Shown here: piece after piece, positions 1 to 7,330 of the stretch
How positions within the stretch are numbered: position 1 is the first letter of the stretch
How the letters are laid out: each line of letters starts with the position of its first letter
UHGV virus genome: UHGV-0246545
Reading direction: 5' to 3' (one strand)
Source: a virus
DNA: 22,114 nt
The notes under the pieces: generated by a model
Databases searched by the model: none
Told to the model about the DNA's origin: nothing
Seen by the model: the letters and a program-made list of their open reading frames with translations, nothing else
Made by a program: the position numbers and the translations under genes

Positions 1-89
1 ATTTTGAACTTTTGCTTTGCCACGGAACGGTCTGCGTTGTCGGGAAGATGCGTGATCTGATCCTTCAACTCAGCAAAAGTTCGATTTAT

Positions 90-695
90 TCAACAAAGCC
101 TGACATTTGTTGAAAAACTCGGCTTACATCGGTCTAATTCATCAATTATAATTACGATTTTTTGATTTTTTGATATACTTTCGATGCAGGATTTAAGTGA
201 ATTTATGTTTTTCTCTGAGTCCATATGGTCTTCAAGCAAATTTTCAATAGTCCCATCTATTGCTGCATTGCTTGCTTTCTTCATCGCATCTTGGAATTCT
301 TCGGCAACTTCACTAGCCTCCTGTCGTAAAAACCAACCTGCACCAGCTTTTAGTACCGTTTTTAAACCAAAGCGAATTGCAGGAAGAGATCTCTTAATGA
401 AGTGTTGTTTTTCTTCCTCAGGCAAAATGCTGGCAATTGCAGAGGTTATGAGAAGTAATGGAGATTCTGCATGATCCCCTTTAAAGGCATCAATATAAAC
501 AACTTTAGATTCAGTTTCTTGCTCAATAATGAGATTTTTCAGTTTGATACTAAATTCTGTTTTCCCTGTTCCCCATGCGCCGTCTATTACCAGTGGTGAA
601 ATGTCTGCCTCTGGTTTTAGCAACTTGATGATATTTTCAGCGATGTTTCTTCGTTGGAACTCGTCACGTTCAGTGAAAGATAGTGTATCTAACAT
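90..695 (-). CDS. KAP-family P-loop NTPase, N-terminal ATPase region only; ORF ends 11 codons after Walker B (probably truncated or interrupted)
   Basis: Walker A GAWGTGKT (aa 39-46) and KAP-type Walker B IIIDELDRC (aa 182-190) in the translation. ATG at 693-695 (reverse complement), TGA at 90-92. Visibly AT-rich and antisense to the late operon. Confidence 0.7.
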   Translation of the reverse strand: MLDTLSFTERDEFQRRNIAENIIKLLKPEADISPLVIDGAWGTGKTEFSIKLKNLIIEQETESKVVYIDAFKGDHAESPLLLITSAIASILPEEEKQHFIKRSLPAIRFGLKTVLKAGAGWFLRQEASEVAEEFQDAMKKASNAAIDGTIENLLEDHMDSEKNINSLKSCIESISKNQKIVIIIDELDRCKPSFSTNVRLC

Positions 696-818
696 AATAT
701 AAACCTATTAACTCCTACAGTAAAAAACGAATAATACGACTTTGGGATTAAAAATCATTAACGCGGTCCGCAAAAATTCTTGTAATCTGTTAAGAGTGGT
801 TACTTCGCCACACAGCTT

Positions 819-848
819 AAACCCGCCGTCGAGCGGGTTTTGTCGTTT
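819..848 (+). terminator. Intrinsic terminator-like hairpin (stem ACCCGC 821-826 / GCGGGT 833-838) followed by T-rich tract; possible tR'-like late-operon terminator upstream of the holin
   Basis: Perfect 6-bp GC-rich inverted repeat with 6-nt loop, then TTTTTGTCGTTTTT. About 150 bp upstream of the holin start on the same strand. Confidence 0.45.
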
Positions 849-991
849 TTGTTGCTGGGGATTCGTTGGGCCTGGCCTATCCCGCAGTTATCCATTGGTT
901 CGGCTCTTTGACGTTTCCGCTTCTGATTTGCGGTACATGATGTTCCCTCATTTTGCACCTGCTGTATCAGCGAGGTGAGAGATAACTACAA

Positions 992-1318
992 ATGCCTCAT
1001 AACCCAAATACCTGGTTGGAGTTGGTCCAGAGCTGGTGGCGTGGAGACACACCGCTGGGCGCAGTGATTATGTCGATTGTTATGGCTGGTTTACGTATTG
1101 CCTATTTTGGCGGTGGTGGGGGCTGGAAACGAAAAACACTCGAAATTCTACTCTGTGGCGCTCTGACGCTGACTTTTGCATCCGCTCTTGAGTATGTCGG
1201 ATGGCCTAAATCACTTTCTGTTGCCATTGGTGGTGGTGTTGGGCTGATCGGTGTCGATGCTATTCGTGGGGCAGCAATGCGAGTAATCGGTAACAAATTT
1301 GGTAGCTCGAAGGAGTAA
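992..1318 (+). CDS. Holin, lambda S-like class I (three hydrophobic segments)
   Basis: 108-aa ORF directly upstream of an R-like endolysin. Three hydrophobic stretches and a charged C-terminus, similar in layout and partial sequence to lambda S as I recall it. GAGGTGAGA Shine-Dalgarno-like sequence upstream. Confidence 0.85.
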   Translation: MPHNPNTWLELVQSWWRGDTPLGAVIMSIVMAGLRIAYFGGGGGWKRKTLEILLCGALTLTFASALEYVGWPKSLSVAIGGGVGLIGVDAIRGAAMRVIGNKFGSSKE

Positions 1319-1321
1319 TTT

Positions 1322-1798
1322 ATGCAGGCACTAAATTCCCAGCGTAAAGCTTTCCTTGATATGGTGGCATGGTCAGAAGGAACGGATAACGGGCGACAAC
1401 CGACACGTAACCACGGTTATGACGTTATTGTTGGTGGTGAACTGTTTACTGATTACTCCGATCATCCTCGCAAACTTGTCACGCTAAACTCCAAACTCAA
1501 ATCAACAGCCGCCGGACGTTACCAGCTTCTTTCACGTTGGTGGGATGCTTACCGTAAACAGCTTGGTTTGAAAGACTTCTCCCCCAAAAGCCAGGACGCT
1601 GTGGCATTGCAGCAGATTAAAGAACGTGGCGCTTTACCGATGATTGATCGTGGTGATATTCGTCAGGCTATCGACCGTTGCAGCAATATCTGGGCTTCGT
1701 TGCCGGGCGCTGGTTACGGTCAGTATGAACATAAAATTGGTGACCTGATTGCCAGGTTTAAAGAGGTTGGCGGGGTGGTAAATGAAGTTGAGCTATAA
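1322..1798 (+). CDS. R: Endolysin, lambda R-type lytic transglycosylase
   Basis: 158-aa translation (…QRKAFLDMVAWSEGTDNGRQ…RNHGYDVIVGGELFTDYSDHPRKLVTLN…) closely matches lambda R as I recall it; identity not computed. AAGGAG Shine-Dalgarno at 1310-1315. Confidence 0.93.
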   Translation: MQALNSQRKAFLDMVAWSEGTDNGRQPTRNHGYDVIVGGELFTDYSDHPRKLVTLNSKLKSTAAGRYQLLSRWWDAYRKQLGLKDFSPKSQDAVALQQIKERGALPMIDRGDIRQAIDRCSNIWASLPGAGYGQYEHKIGDLIARFKEVGGVVNEVEL

Positions 1799-2243
1799 GC
1801 TAGTTATCGCTGCTTTCTTCGTTACTATTATTGGTTCTTTCATCTGGTCAGCGAATCATTACCACAATCAAGCCATTGAATACAAAAAGCAGCGCGACGA
1901 AAACGCTATGGCATTACATTCGGCTATGGCGACGATCTCTGATATGCAGAAGCGTCAACGTGACGTAGCTGAACTTGACGCCAGATACACAAAGGAGCTT
2001 GCTGATGCTAACACGACTCTCGAAAGTCTCCGTACTGATGTCTCTGCTGGTCGTAAGCGCTTGCAAATCGCCGCCACCTGTGCAAAGTCAACGACCGGAG
2101 CCAGCGGCATGGGCTATGGAGAAAGTCCAAGACTTACAGCTGATGCTGAACTCAATTATTACCGCCTCCGAAGTGGGATCGACAAGATAACTGCACAGGT
2201 TAACTATTTGCAGGAGTACATCAAGACACAGTGCCAGAAATGA
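1782..2243 (+). CDS. Rz: Rz-like i-spanin (inner-membrane spanin)
   Basis: 153 aa with N-terminal TM segment (LVIAAFFVTIIGSFIW) and coiled-coil periplasmic part; …QRDVAELDARYTKELADA… resembles lambda Rz. Start overlaps the endolysin 3' end. Confidence 0.88.
   Translation: MKLSYKLVIAAFFVTIIGSFIWSANHYHNQAIEYKKQRDENAMALHSAMATISDMQKRQRDVAELDARYTKELADANTTLESLRTDVSAGRKRLQIAATCAKSTTGASGMGYGESPRLTADAELNYYRLRSGIDKITAQVNYLQEYIKTQCQK
2005..2190 (+). CDS. Rz1: Rz1-like o-spanin (outer-membrane lipoprotein), embedded in Rz in the +1 frame
   Basis: ATG at 2005 preceded by AGGAG (1993-1997). Signal peptide with lipobox-like LVVSAC followed by proline-rich KSPPPVQSQRPEP; wholly nested within Rz as in lambda. 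Confidence 0.82.
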   Translation: MLTRLSKVSVLMSLLVVSACKSPPPVQSQRPEPAAWAMEKVQDLQLMLNSIITASEVGSTR

Positions 2244-2251
2244 ATCTATAG

Positions 2252-2279
2252 ATGACACTCCACGTTCGTATAAGATAAT
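2252..2279 (+). promoter_or_regulatory. Candidate sigma70 promoter for the 287-aa moron gene (-35 ATGACA 2252-2257, 16-nt spacer, -10 GATAAT 2274-2279)
   Basis: Hexamers each 5/6 to consensus with 16-nt spacing, about 35 nt upstream of an AGGAG Shine-Dalgarno (2305-2309) and the ATG at 2316. Found by eye only. Confidence 0.35.
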
Positions 2280-2315
2280 GCTAAATTACTATTAGCTTAA
2301 TCACAGGAGACGGAC

Positions 2316-3179
2316 ATGGAAAGAGGTGTGGTATTTAGTGCATGCGAATTACTTAAAACCGAGGATGGAAAAGGCATCCGTACAGGTAAATGGATTAGTC
2401 AATTAGAAATAAACTATCTATGTCTTTATTGGGATAAACTAGTTTCACCCACTAATAATATTATACATACAGCATTAAATAACGAGGATGAATTAGAAAA
2501 ATGTGGATTGCTAACCAGACCTGTATATAGACATCATGGTTGTTTTGATGGCCAATATATGGCTGATTTTTATGCTGAAACTCATGCCAAAACAATAGAT
2601 ATACTTAGGCATGCGGATTCTTCTGTCGATTGGCGCATGCATTTTTTAAGTGACCAAATAAACTTGGTGCCTGAATTATCTAGAACCTCAGAAGTGATAC
2701 GTTTTGAGCTAGCAAATTTATTACCCGTTCCCACAGAAGATGTGCACCTACATGATATTCTTGATTTCAAGGAAAGAAGAAAACCTGAATTAATCGCTTT
2801 ACATGAATATCTTGATGAGCTTTACTTGGAAATAAAACGTTCTGGTGATATCAATCTTCAGAAAGCAAAAGCTCTTTCTAATCTTAAACAAGCAATAAAG
2901 GATATTGAACGCTTAAATTGTGAAGTGTGGAAAAGTCCAATAAAATTTAGCATCTCTACTTCCTTTGAGTTCGATTTTTCACAAATATTTAGTCTGGCGG
3001 GAACTGTTTTATCTATGTCAGTAGATTATCCTTATAATGTTATTGGAGGGGTAAGTAGTTTTGTTTATTTTTTGGGAGGATGCATAAAAATAAAGCCACA
3101 ATTTCAACAAGTGTTATCATTAGGTAATGATAAATTAGTTTACATAAGCAAAGGAAAATCGGAGGGTATTATTTCCTGA
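2316..3179 (+). CDS. Hypothetical protein, 287 aa, AT-rich moron; no recognisable family
   Basis: Long ORF with good AGGAG Shine-Dalgarno and an in-frame stop 18 nt upstream of the ATG. Visibly lower GC than flanking phage genes. Helical or coiled-coil-like central region and hydrophobic C-terminal stretch; no signal peptide. Confidence 0.7.
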   Translation: MERGVVFSACELLKTEDGKGIRTGKWISQLEINYLCLYWDKLVSPTNNIIHTALNNEDELEKCGLLTRPVYRHHGCFDGQYMADFYAETHAKTIDILRHADSSVDWRMHFLSDQINLVPELSRTSEVIRFELANLLPVPTEDVHLHDILDFKERRKPELIALHEYLDELYLEIKRSGDINLQKAKALSNLKQAIKDIERLNCEVWKSPIKFSISTSFEFDFSQIFSLAGTVLSMSVDYPYNVIGGVSSFVYFLGGCIKIKPQFQQVLSLGNDKLVYISKGKSEGIIS

Positions 3180-3255
3180 TTTTTGATTCTCATAATCAAT
3201 GAATGTTTTTTGTGAATATACTTATTTTAACCCTATAAATAATCAAGGTAATAAA

Positions 3256-3606
3256 GTGCCTCCTCGTATCCCGAAAGCCTGCCGTGCTCGAGGTTGCCGT
3301 AATACCACCACAGACCCGTCAGGCTACTGCGAAAGCCACAAAAGCGAAGGCTGGAAGCAATACAAGCCAGGCCAGTCCCGACACCAGCGCGGTTATGGTG
3401 CGAAATGGGATGTTATCCGTGAACGTGTGCTCAAGCGTGACAAAGGCCTGTGTCAGTTGTGTTTGCGTGCCGGTGTGGTGCGCGAGGCGAAAACCGTTGA
3501 CCACATCATCCCTAAAGCACATGGCGGCACTGATGCCGACAGTAATCTGCAGAGTCTGTGCTGGCCGTGTCATAAGGCGAAGACGGCCCGTGAACGGTTG
3601 AAGTAA
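3256..3606 (+). CDS. HNH endonuclease, terminase-associated (phage packaging HNH)
   Basis: HNH motif region …CQLCLRAGVVREAKTVDHIIPKAHGGTDADSNLQSLCWPCHKAKT… immediately upstream of the small terminase. Probable GTG start at 3256 (AAGG Shine-Dalgarno, GC-rich sequence begins here); the ORF track ATG at 3199 adds an AT-rich extension with no Shine-Dalgarno, which I consider less likely. Confidence 0.8.
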   Translation: MPPRIPKACRARGCRNTTTDPSGYCESHKSEGWKQYKPGQSRHQRGYGAKWDVIRERVLKRDKGLCQLCLRAGVVREAKTVDHIIPKAHGGTDADSNLQSLCWPCHKAKTARERLK

Positions 3607-3625
3607 GAACCAGTTCCCACTGCCA

Positions 3626-3692
3626 GAGGGGAGGGGCGGGTCAAATCCCTGTGACCTGACGTCTTCCGGACTGCCCGCCCCATCGTTTTTTT
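3626..3692 (+). other. GC-rich inverted repeat (GGGGCGGG 3633-3640 / CCCGCCCC 3674-3681) plus T7 tract; candidate cos or packaging-site region, or terminator-like structure
   Basis: Perfect 8-bp inverted arms enclosing about 33 nt that contain the palindromes GACGTC and TCCGGA, followed by TTTTTTT (3686-3692). Lies in the HNH-terS intergenic gap. Confidence 0.3.
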
Positions 3693-3731
3693 ATACCCGC
3701 GAAAAATGAAATTTAACCAGGAGTGCCGCAT

Positions 3732-4226
3732 ATGGCTGGAACGGCGGGGCGTTCCGGGCGTCGCCCCAAGCCAACGGCGCGCAAGGCGCTGGCCGGAAAC
3801 CCCGGCAAGCGAGCCCTGAACAAAGATGAACCTGTTTTTACGCCCATCAAAGGGGTTGAGCCACCGGAGTGGTTCGCAGAAGAAAATCTCCCTCTCGCTA
3901 CGATCATGTGGCAACTGACAACCAAAGAACTCTGCGGTCAGGGCCTGCTGTGCGTGACTGACCTCGCGGTGCTTGAGCGGTGGTGCGTAGCCTATGAGTT
4001 CTGGCGACGTGCCGTGAAAAATATTGCCAGCCAGGGCAACACCATCACCGGTGCAATGGGCGGTATGGTCAAAAATCCGGAGCTGACCGCCAAGAAAGAA
4101 CAGGAGTCCGAGATGAGCAGCACGGGGGCAATGCTCGGACTCGACCCCAGCAGCCGCCAGCGTCTGATTGGCCTGGCGGGGCAGAAGAAAGCCACTAACC
4201 CGTTTCTGAAAATTATCGAATCATGA
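3732..4226 (+). CDS. terS: Terminase small subunit (P27-like family)
   Basis: N-terminus [34 protein letters not shown] is typical of P27-family small terminases. AGGAG (3719-3723) 8 nt upstream of ATG 3732; the ORF track start at 3723 is GTG. ATGA overlap with terL. Confidence 0.85.
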   Translation: MAGTAGRSGRRPKPTARKALAGNPGKRALNKDEPVFTPIKGVEPPEWFAEENLPLATIMWQLTTKELCGQGLLCVTDLAVLERWCVAYEFWRRAVKNIASQGNTITGAMGGMVKNPELTAKKEQESEMSSTGAMLGLDPSSRQRLIGLAGQKKATNPFLKIIES

Positions 4227-5956
4227 GCCGGAAATCTTACCCCAACGTAAATGCAGCCAATCAGTATGCCCGTGATGTCGTGCGCGGAAAGATTGTGGCC
4301 TGCCAGTTTGTGATTCAGGCCTGCCAGCGCCATCTTGATGACCTGATGGCGGAAAAAAGTAAGTCGTTTCGTTACCGCTTCGACAAGGACCTGGCTGAAC
4401 GGGCCGCGAAATTTATTCAGCTGTTGCCGCACACCAAGGGTGAGTGGGCATTCAAACGGATGCCCATCACGCTGGAGCCGTGGCAGCTATTTGTGATCTG
4501 CTGTGCGTTTGGCTGGGTCAATAAAGGCACCCGGTTGCGCCGCTTCCGGGAGGTGTATACCGAAATCCCCCGTAAGAACGGCAAATCAGCAATCTCTGCC
4601 GGTGTTGCCCTGTATTGTTTTGCCTGTGATAACGAGTTTGGCGCGGAAGTGTATTCCGGTGCCACGACAGAGAAACAGGCGTGGGAAGTCTTTCGCCCGG
4701 CGCGACTGATGTGTAAACGCACACCCATGCTGACGGAAGCGTTCGGGATTGAGGTTAACGCCTCAAACATGAACCGTCCGGAGGATGGCGCGCGGTTTGA
4801 ACCGCTGATCGGTAACCCTGGTGATGGTTCATCACCCCACTGTGCGGTGGTGGATGAATATCACGAGCACGCCACCGATGCGCTTTATACCACGATGCTT
4901 ACCGGGATGGGGGCGCGACGTCAGCCACTGATGTGGGCCATCACCACCGCCGGGTACAACATTGAGGGGCCGTGCTACGACAAGCGGCGGGAAGTTATCG
5001 AGATGCTCAACGGTTCGGTACCCAACGATGAACTGTTCGGGATCATCTATACCGTTGATGAAGGTGACGACTGGACCGACCCGCAGGTGCTGGAAAAAGC
5101 CAATCCAAATATTGGCGTGTCGGTTTATCGCGAATTTTTGTTAAGTCAGCAGCAGCGTGCTAAAAATAACGCCCGTCTGGCAAACGTCTTTAAAACAAAA
5201 CACCTCAATATCTGGGTGTCGGCGCGTTCGGCGTATTTCAACCTGGTGAGCTGGCAGAGCTGCGAGGATAAATCACTGACCCTTGAGCAGTTCGAGGGGC
5301 AGCCGTGCATTCTGGCCTTTGACCTGGCGCGTAAGCTGGATATGAACAGCATGGCGCGACTTTATACCCGCGAGATTGACGGTAAAACGCATTACTACAG
5401 TGTGGCCCCGCGTTTCTGGGTACCGTATGACACGGTGTACAGCGTCGAGAAAAATGAAGATCGCCGGACAGCCGAACGCTTTCAGAAATGGGTGGAAATG
5501 GGCGTTCTGACTGTTACCGCTGGTGCGGAGGTGGATTATCGCTACATCCTCGAGGAGACCAAAGCGGCGAACAAAATCAGCCCGGTCAGTGAGTCACCCA
5601 TCGACCCCTTCGGGGCGACCGGGCTGTCGCATGACCTTGCTGATGAAGACCTGAACCCCATCACCATCATTCAGAACTACACCAACATGTCCGATCCGAT
5701 GAAAGAGCTGGAAGCGGCGATTGAATCGGGGCGCTTTCATCATGACGGCAATCCCATCATGACCTGGTGTATCGGCAACGTGGTCGGCAAAACCATTCCG
5801 GGTAACGATGATGTGGTGAAGCCTGTCAAGGAGCAGGCGGAAAACAAAATCGATGGTGCGGTTGCACTGATTATGGCGATCGGTCGGGCAATGCTCAAAG
5901 AACCCGACGATTTCCTCTCATCTCTTGATCCGGACGATGCTCTCTTAATTCTATGA
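4223..5956 (+). CDS. terL: Terminase large subunit (HK97-type)
   Basis: 577 aa. Walker A-like PRKNGKS and Walker B-like AVVDEYHEH ATPase motifs, with a C-terminal nuclease-type region. Position between terS and portal. Confidence 0.93.
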   Translation: MSRKSYPNVNAANQYARDVVRGKIVACQFVIQACQRHLDDLMAEKSKSFRYRFDKDLAERAAKFIQLLPHTKGEWAFKRMPITLEPWQLFVICCAFGWVNKGTRLRRFREVYTEIPRKNGKSAISAGVALYCFACDNEFGAEVYSGATTEKQAWEVFRPARLMCKRTPMLTEAFGIEVNASNMNRPEDGARFEPLIGNPGDGSSPHCAVVDEYHEHATDALYTTMLTGMGARRQPLMWAITTAGYNIEGPCYDKRREVIEMLNGSVPNDELFGIIYTVDEGDDWTDPQVLEKANPNIGVSVYREFLLSQQQRAKNNARLANVFKTKHLNIWVSARSAYFNLVSWQSCEDKSLTLEQFEGQPCILAFDLARKLDMNSMARLYTREIDGKTHYYSVAPRFWVPYDTVYSVEKNEDRRTAERFQKWVEMGVLTVTAGAEVDYRYILEETKAANKISPVSESPIDPFGATGLSHDLADEDLNPITIIQNYTNMSDPMKELEAAIESGRFHHDGNPIMTWCIGNVVGKTIPGNDDVVKPVKEQAENKIDGAVALIMAIGRAMLKEPDDFLSSLDPDDALLIL

Positions 5957-6114
5957 AATCACTAATTGCTGATGTTATCGGGCTGGCTGGTTTTGGCCTG
6001 CTTACGTGCGGGTTTTACCTGCAGTTTGGTATGGCTCCGGCTCTGATGCTGTCCGGCGGTTTACTGCTGGTGGGCGCACTGGCTATGGCCAGAAGGGGGA
6101 CGCGTGCTGCTTGA
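5953..6114 (+). CDS. Small hydrophobic protein (53 aa), putative membrane protein between terL and portal
   Basis: Hand-translated: [57 protein letters not shown] overlap with the terL stop. Below the ORF-track length cutoff. Two hydrophobic segments. Confidence 0.4.
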   Translation: MKSLIADVIGLAGFGLLTCGFYLQFGMAPALMLSGGLLLVGALAMARRGTRAA

Positions 6115-7330
6115 TGCTCTGTTCAGAAGTAAATCACTGGAGAATCCTTCCACCCCGATAACCGGGGATGCCGTTGATACTGATGGGCTGTTCCGGGCAG
6201 ACGTTTATGTCAGTCCTGAAACTGCGATGAAACTGGCTGCGGTGTATTCCTGTATCTATGTCCTGTCTTCCAGCCTTGCCCAGATGCCGTTGCATGTTAT
6301 GCGCAGGCACAATGGGAAGGTTGAGCCCGCACGCGATCATCCGGCGTTTTATCTGGTTCATGATGAGCCCAATACCTGGCAAACCAGTTACAAATGGCGC
6401 GAACTGAAGCAACGTCACATCCTTGGCTGGGGGAATGGGTATACCTGGGTGAAACGTAATCGTCGCGGTGAAGTCATATCCCTGGATTGCTGTATGCCGT
6501 GGGAAACGACGTTGATGAATACTGGTGGCCGATACACCTACGGTTTGTACAACGAATATGGGGCGTTTGCGATCAGCCCCGACGATATGATCCACATCCG
6601 TGCGCTGGGTAATAATCAGAAGATGGGGCTGAGTCCGATTATGCAACATGCCGAAACAATAGGCATGGGGATGAGCGGTCAGAAATACACAGAAAGCTTC
6701 TTCAGCGGTAATGCCCGTCCGGCGGGGATAGTATCCGTTAAAAGCGGACTCAATAAGGACAGCTGGGGCTGGCTTAAAGATCAGTGGCAGAAGGCATCGC
6801 AGGCGTTACGCAGCCAGGAAAACAAAACCATGCTGCTGCCAGCCGATCTGGATTACAAGGCACTGACTGTGTCGCCAGTTGACGCTCAGATCATTGACAT
6901 GATGAAACTGAACCGTTCAATGATTGCCGGTATTTTCAATATTCCTGCGCACATGATTAATGACCTCGAAAAAGCCACCTTCTCCAATATTTCTGCGCAG
7001 GCGATTCAGTTTGTCCGCTACACGATGATGCCGTGGGTGACGAACTGGGAGCAGGAGCTTAACCGTCGCTTGTTTACCCGCGCTGAGTTAGCCGCCGGGT
7101 ATTACGTCAGGTTCAATCTGACGGGGCTTTTACGCGGAACTCCACAGGAGCGCGCGCAATTCTATCACTTCGCTATTACCGATGGATGGATGAGCCGTAA
7201 TGAGGCCCGTGCATTCGAGGATATGAATCCGGTTGAAGGGCTAGATGAGATGCTGGTAAGCGTGAATGCTGCTAACCCGGCAGGAGATTTTAAGCCCCCA
7301 AAAAATGATGAGGGAAAAACCAATGAATGA
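6104..7330 (+). CDS. Portal protein (HK97 family)
   Basis: 408-aa ORF following the terminase; sequence character of HK97-family portal proteins. GTG start at 6104 with AGGGGG Shine-Dalgarno 4 nt upstream; start uncertain. Confidence 0.88.
   Translation: MLLDALFRSKSLENPSTPITGDAVDTDGLFRADVYVSPETAMKLAAVYSCIYVLSSSLAQMPLHVMRRHNGKVEPARDHPAFYLVHDEPNTWQTSYKWRELKQRHILGWGNGYTWVKRNRRGEVISLDCCMPWETTLMNTGGRYTYGLYNEYGAFAISPDDMIHIRALGNNQKMGLSPIMQHAETIGMGMSGQKYTESFFSGNARPAGIVSVKSGLNKDSWGWLKDQWQKASQALRSQENKTMLLPADLDYKALTVSPVDAQIIDMMKLNRSMIAGIFNIPAHMINDLEKATFSNISAQAIQFVRYTMMPWVTNWEQELNRRLFTRAELAAGYYVRFNLTGLLRGTPQERAQFYHFAITDGWMSRNEARAFEDMNPVEGLDEMLVSVNAANPAGDFKPPKNDEGKTNE

Noticed and set aside
184-474. 96-codon + strand ORF antisense to the KAP NTPase gene
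   Set aside because: Fully embedded in the opposite strand of an ORF with clear Walker A and B motifs; low-complexity, serine-rich translation typical of a spurious antisense frame.
742-978. 78-codon + strand ORF in the KAP-holin intergenic region
   Set aside because: No convincing Shine-Dalgarno, odd composition (Cys/Trp/Phe-rich), and it spans the terminator hairpin and the likely regulatory leader of the late operon; most likely non-coding.
2316-3179. Identification of the 287-aa moron as the e14 Lit-type zinc metalloprotease or a HEPN nuclease
   Set aside because: No HExxH motif (only HEYLD), and the single Rx4H-like string is too weak to call a HEPN domain; no basis for either assignment from the sequence alone.
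3199-3255. N-terminal extension of the HNH ORF from ATG 3199 (MNVFCEYTYFNPINNQGNK)
   Set aside because: No Shine-Dalgarno upstream of the ATG, AT-rich like the upstream moron rather than the HNH body, and the GTG at 3256 has an AAGG Shine-Dalgarno and yields a typical HNH N-terminus (MPPRIPKACR…). Kept only as an alternative start.
3284-3601. Alternative-frame ORFs overlapping the HNH gene (3284-3601 + and 3319-3573 -)
   Set aside because: The HNH frame carries the recognisable H-N-H/zinc-finger motif; the overlapping frames have no motifs and are typical GC-rich shadow ORFs.
6134-6649. 171-codon minus-strand ORF inside the portal gene
   Set aside because: Antisense shadow ORF within a well-supported structural gene in a tightly packed, single-orientation operon. 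The same applies to the other embedded antisense or alternative-frame ORFs of the track in the head and tail modules (8248-8775, 10398-10988, 14436-14765, 16634-17131, 18861-19319).
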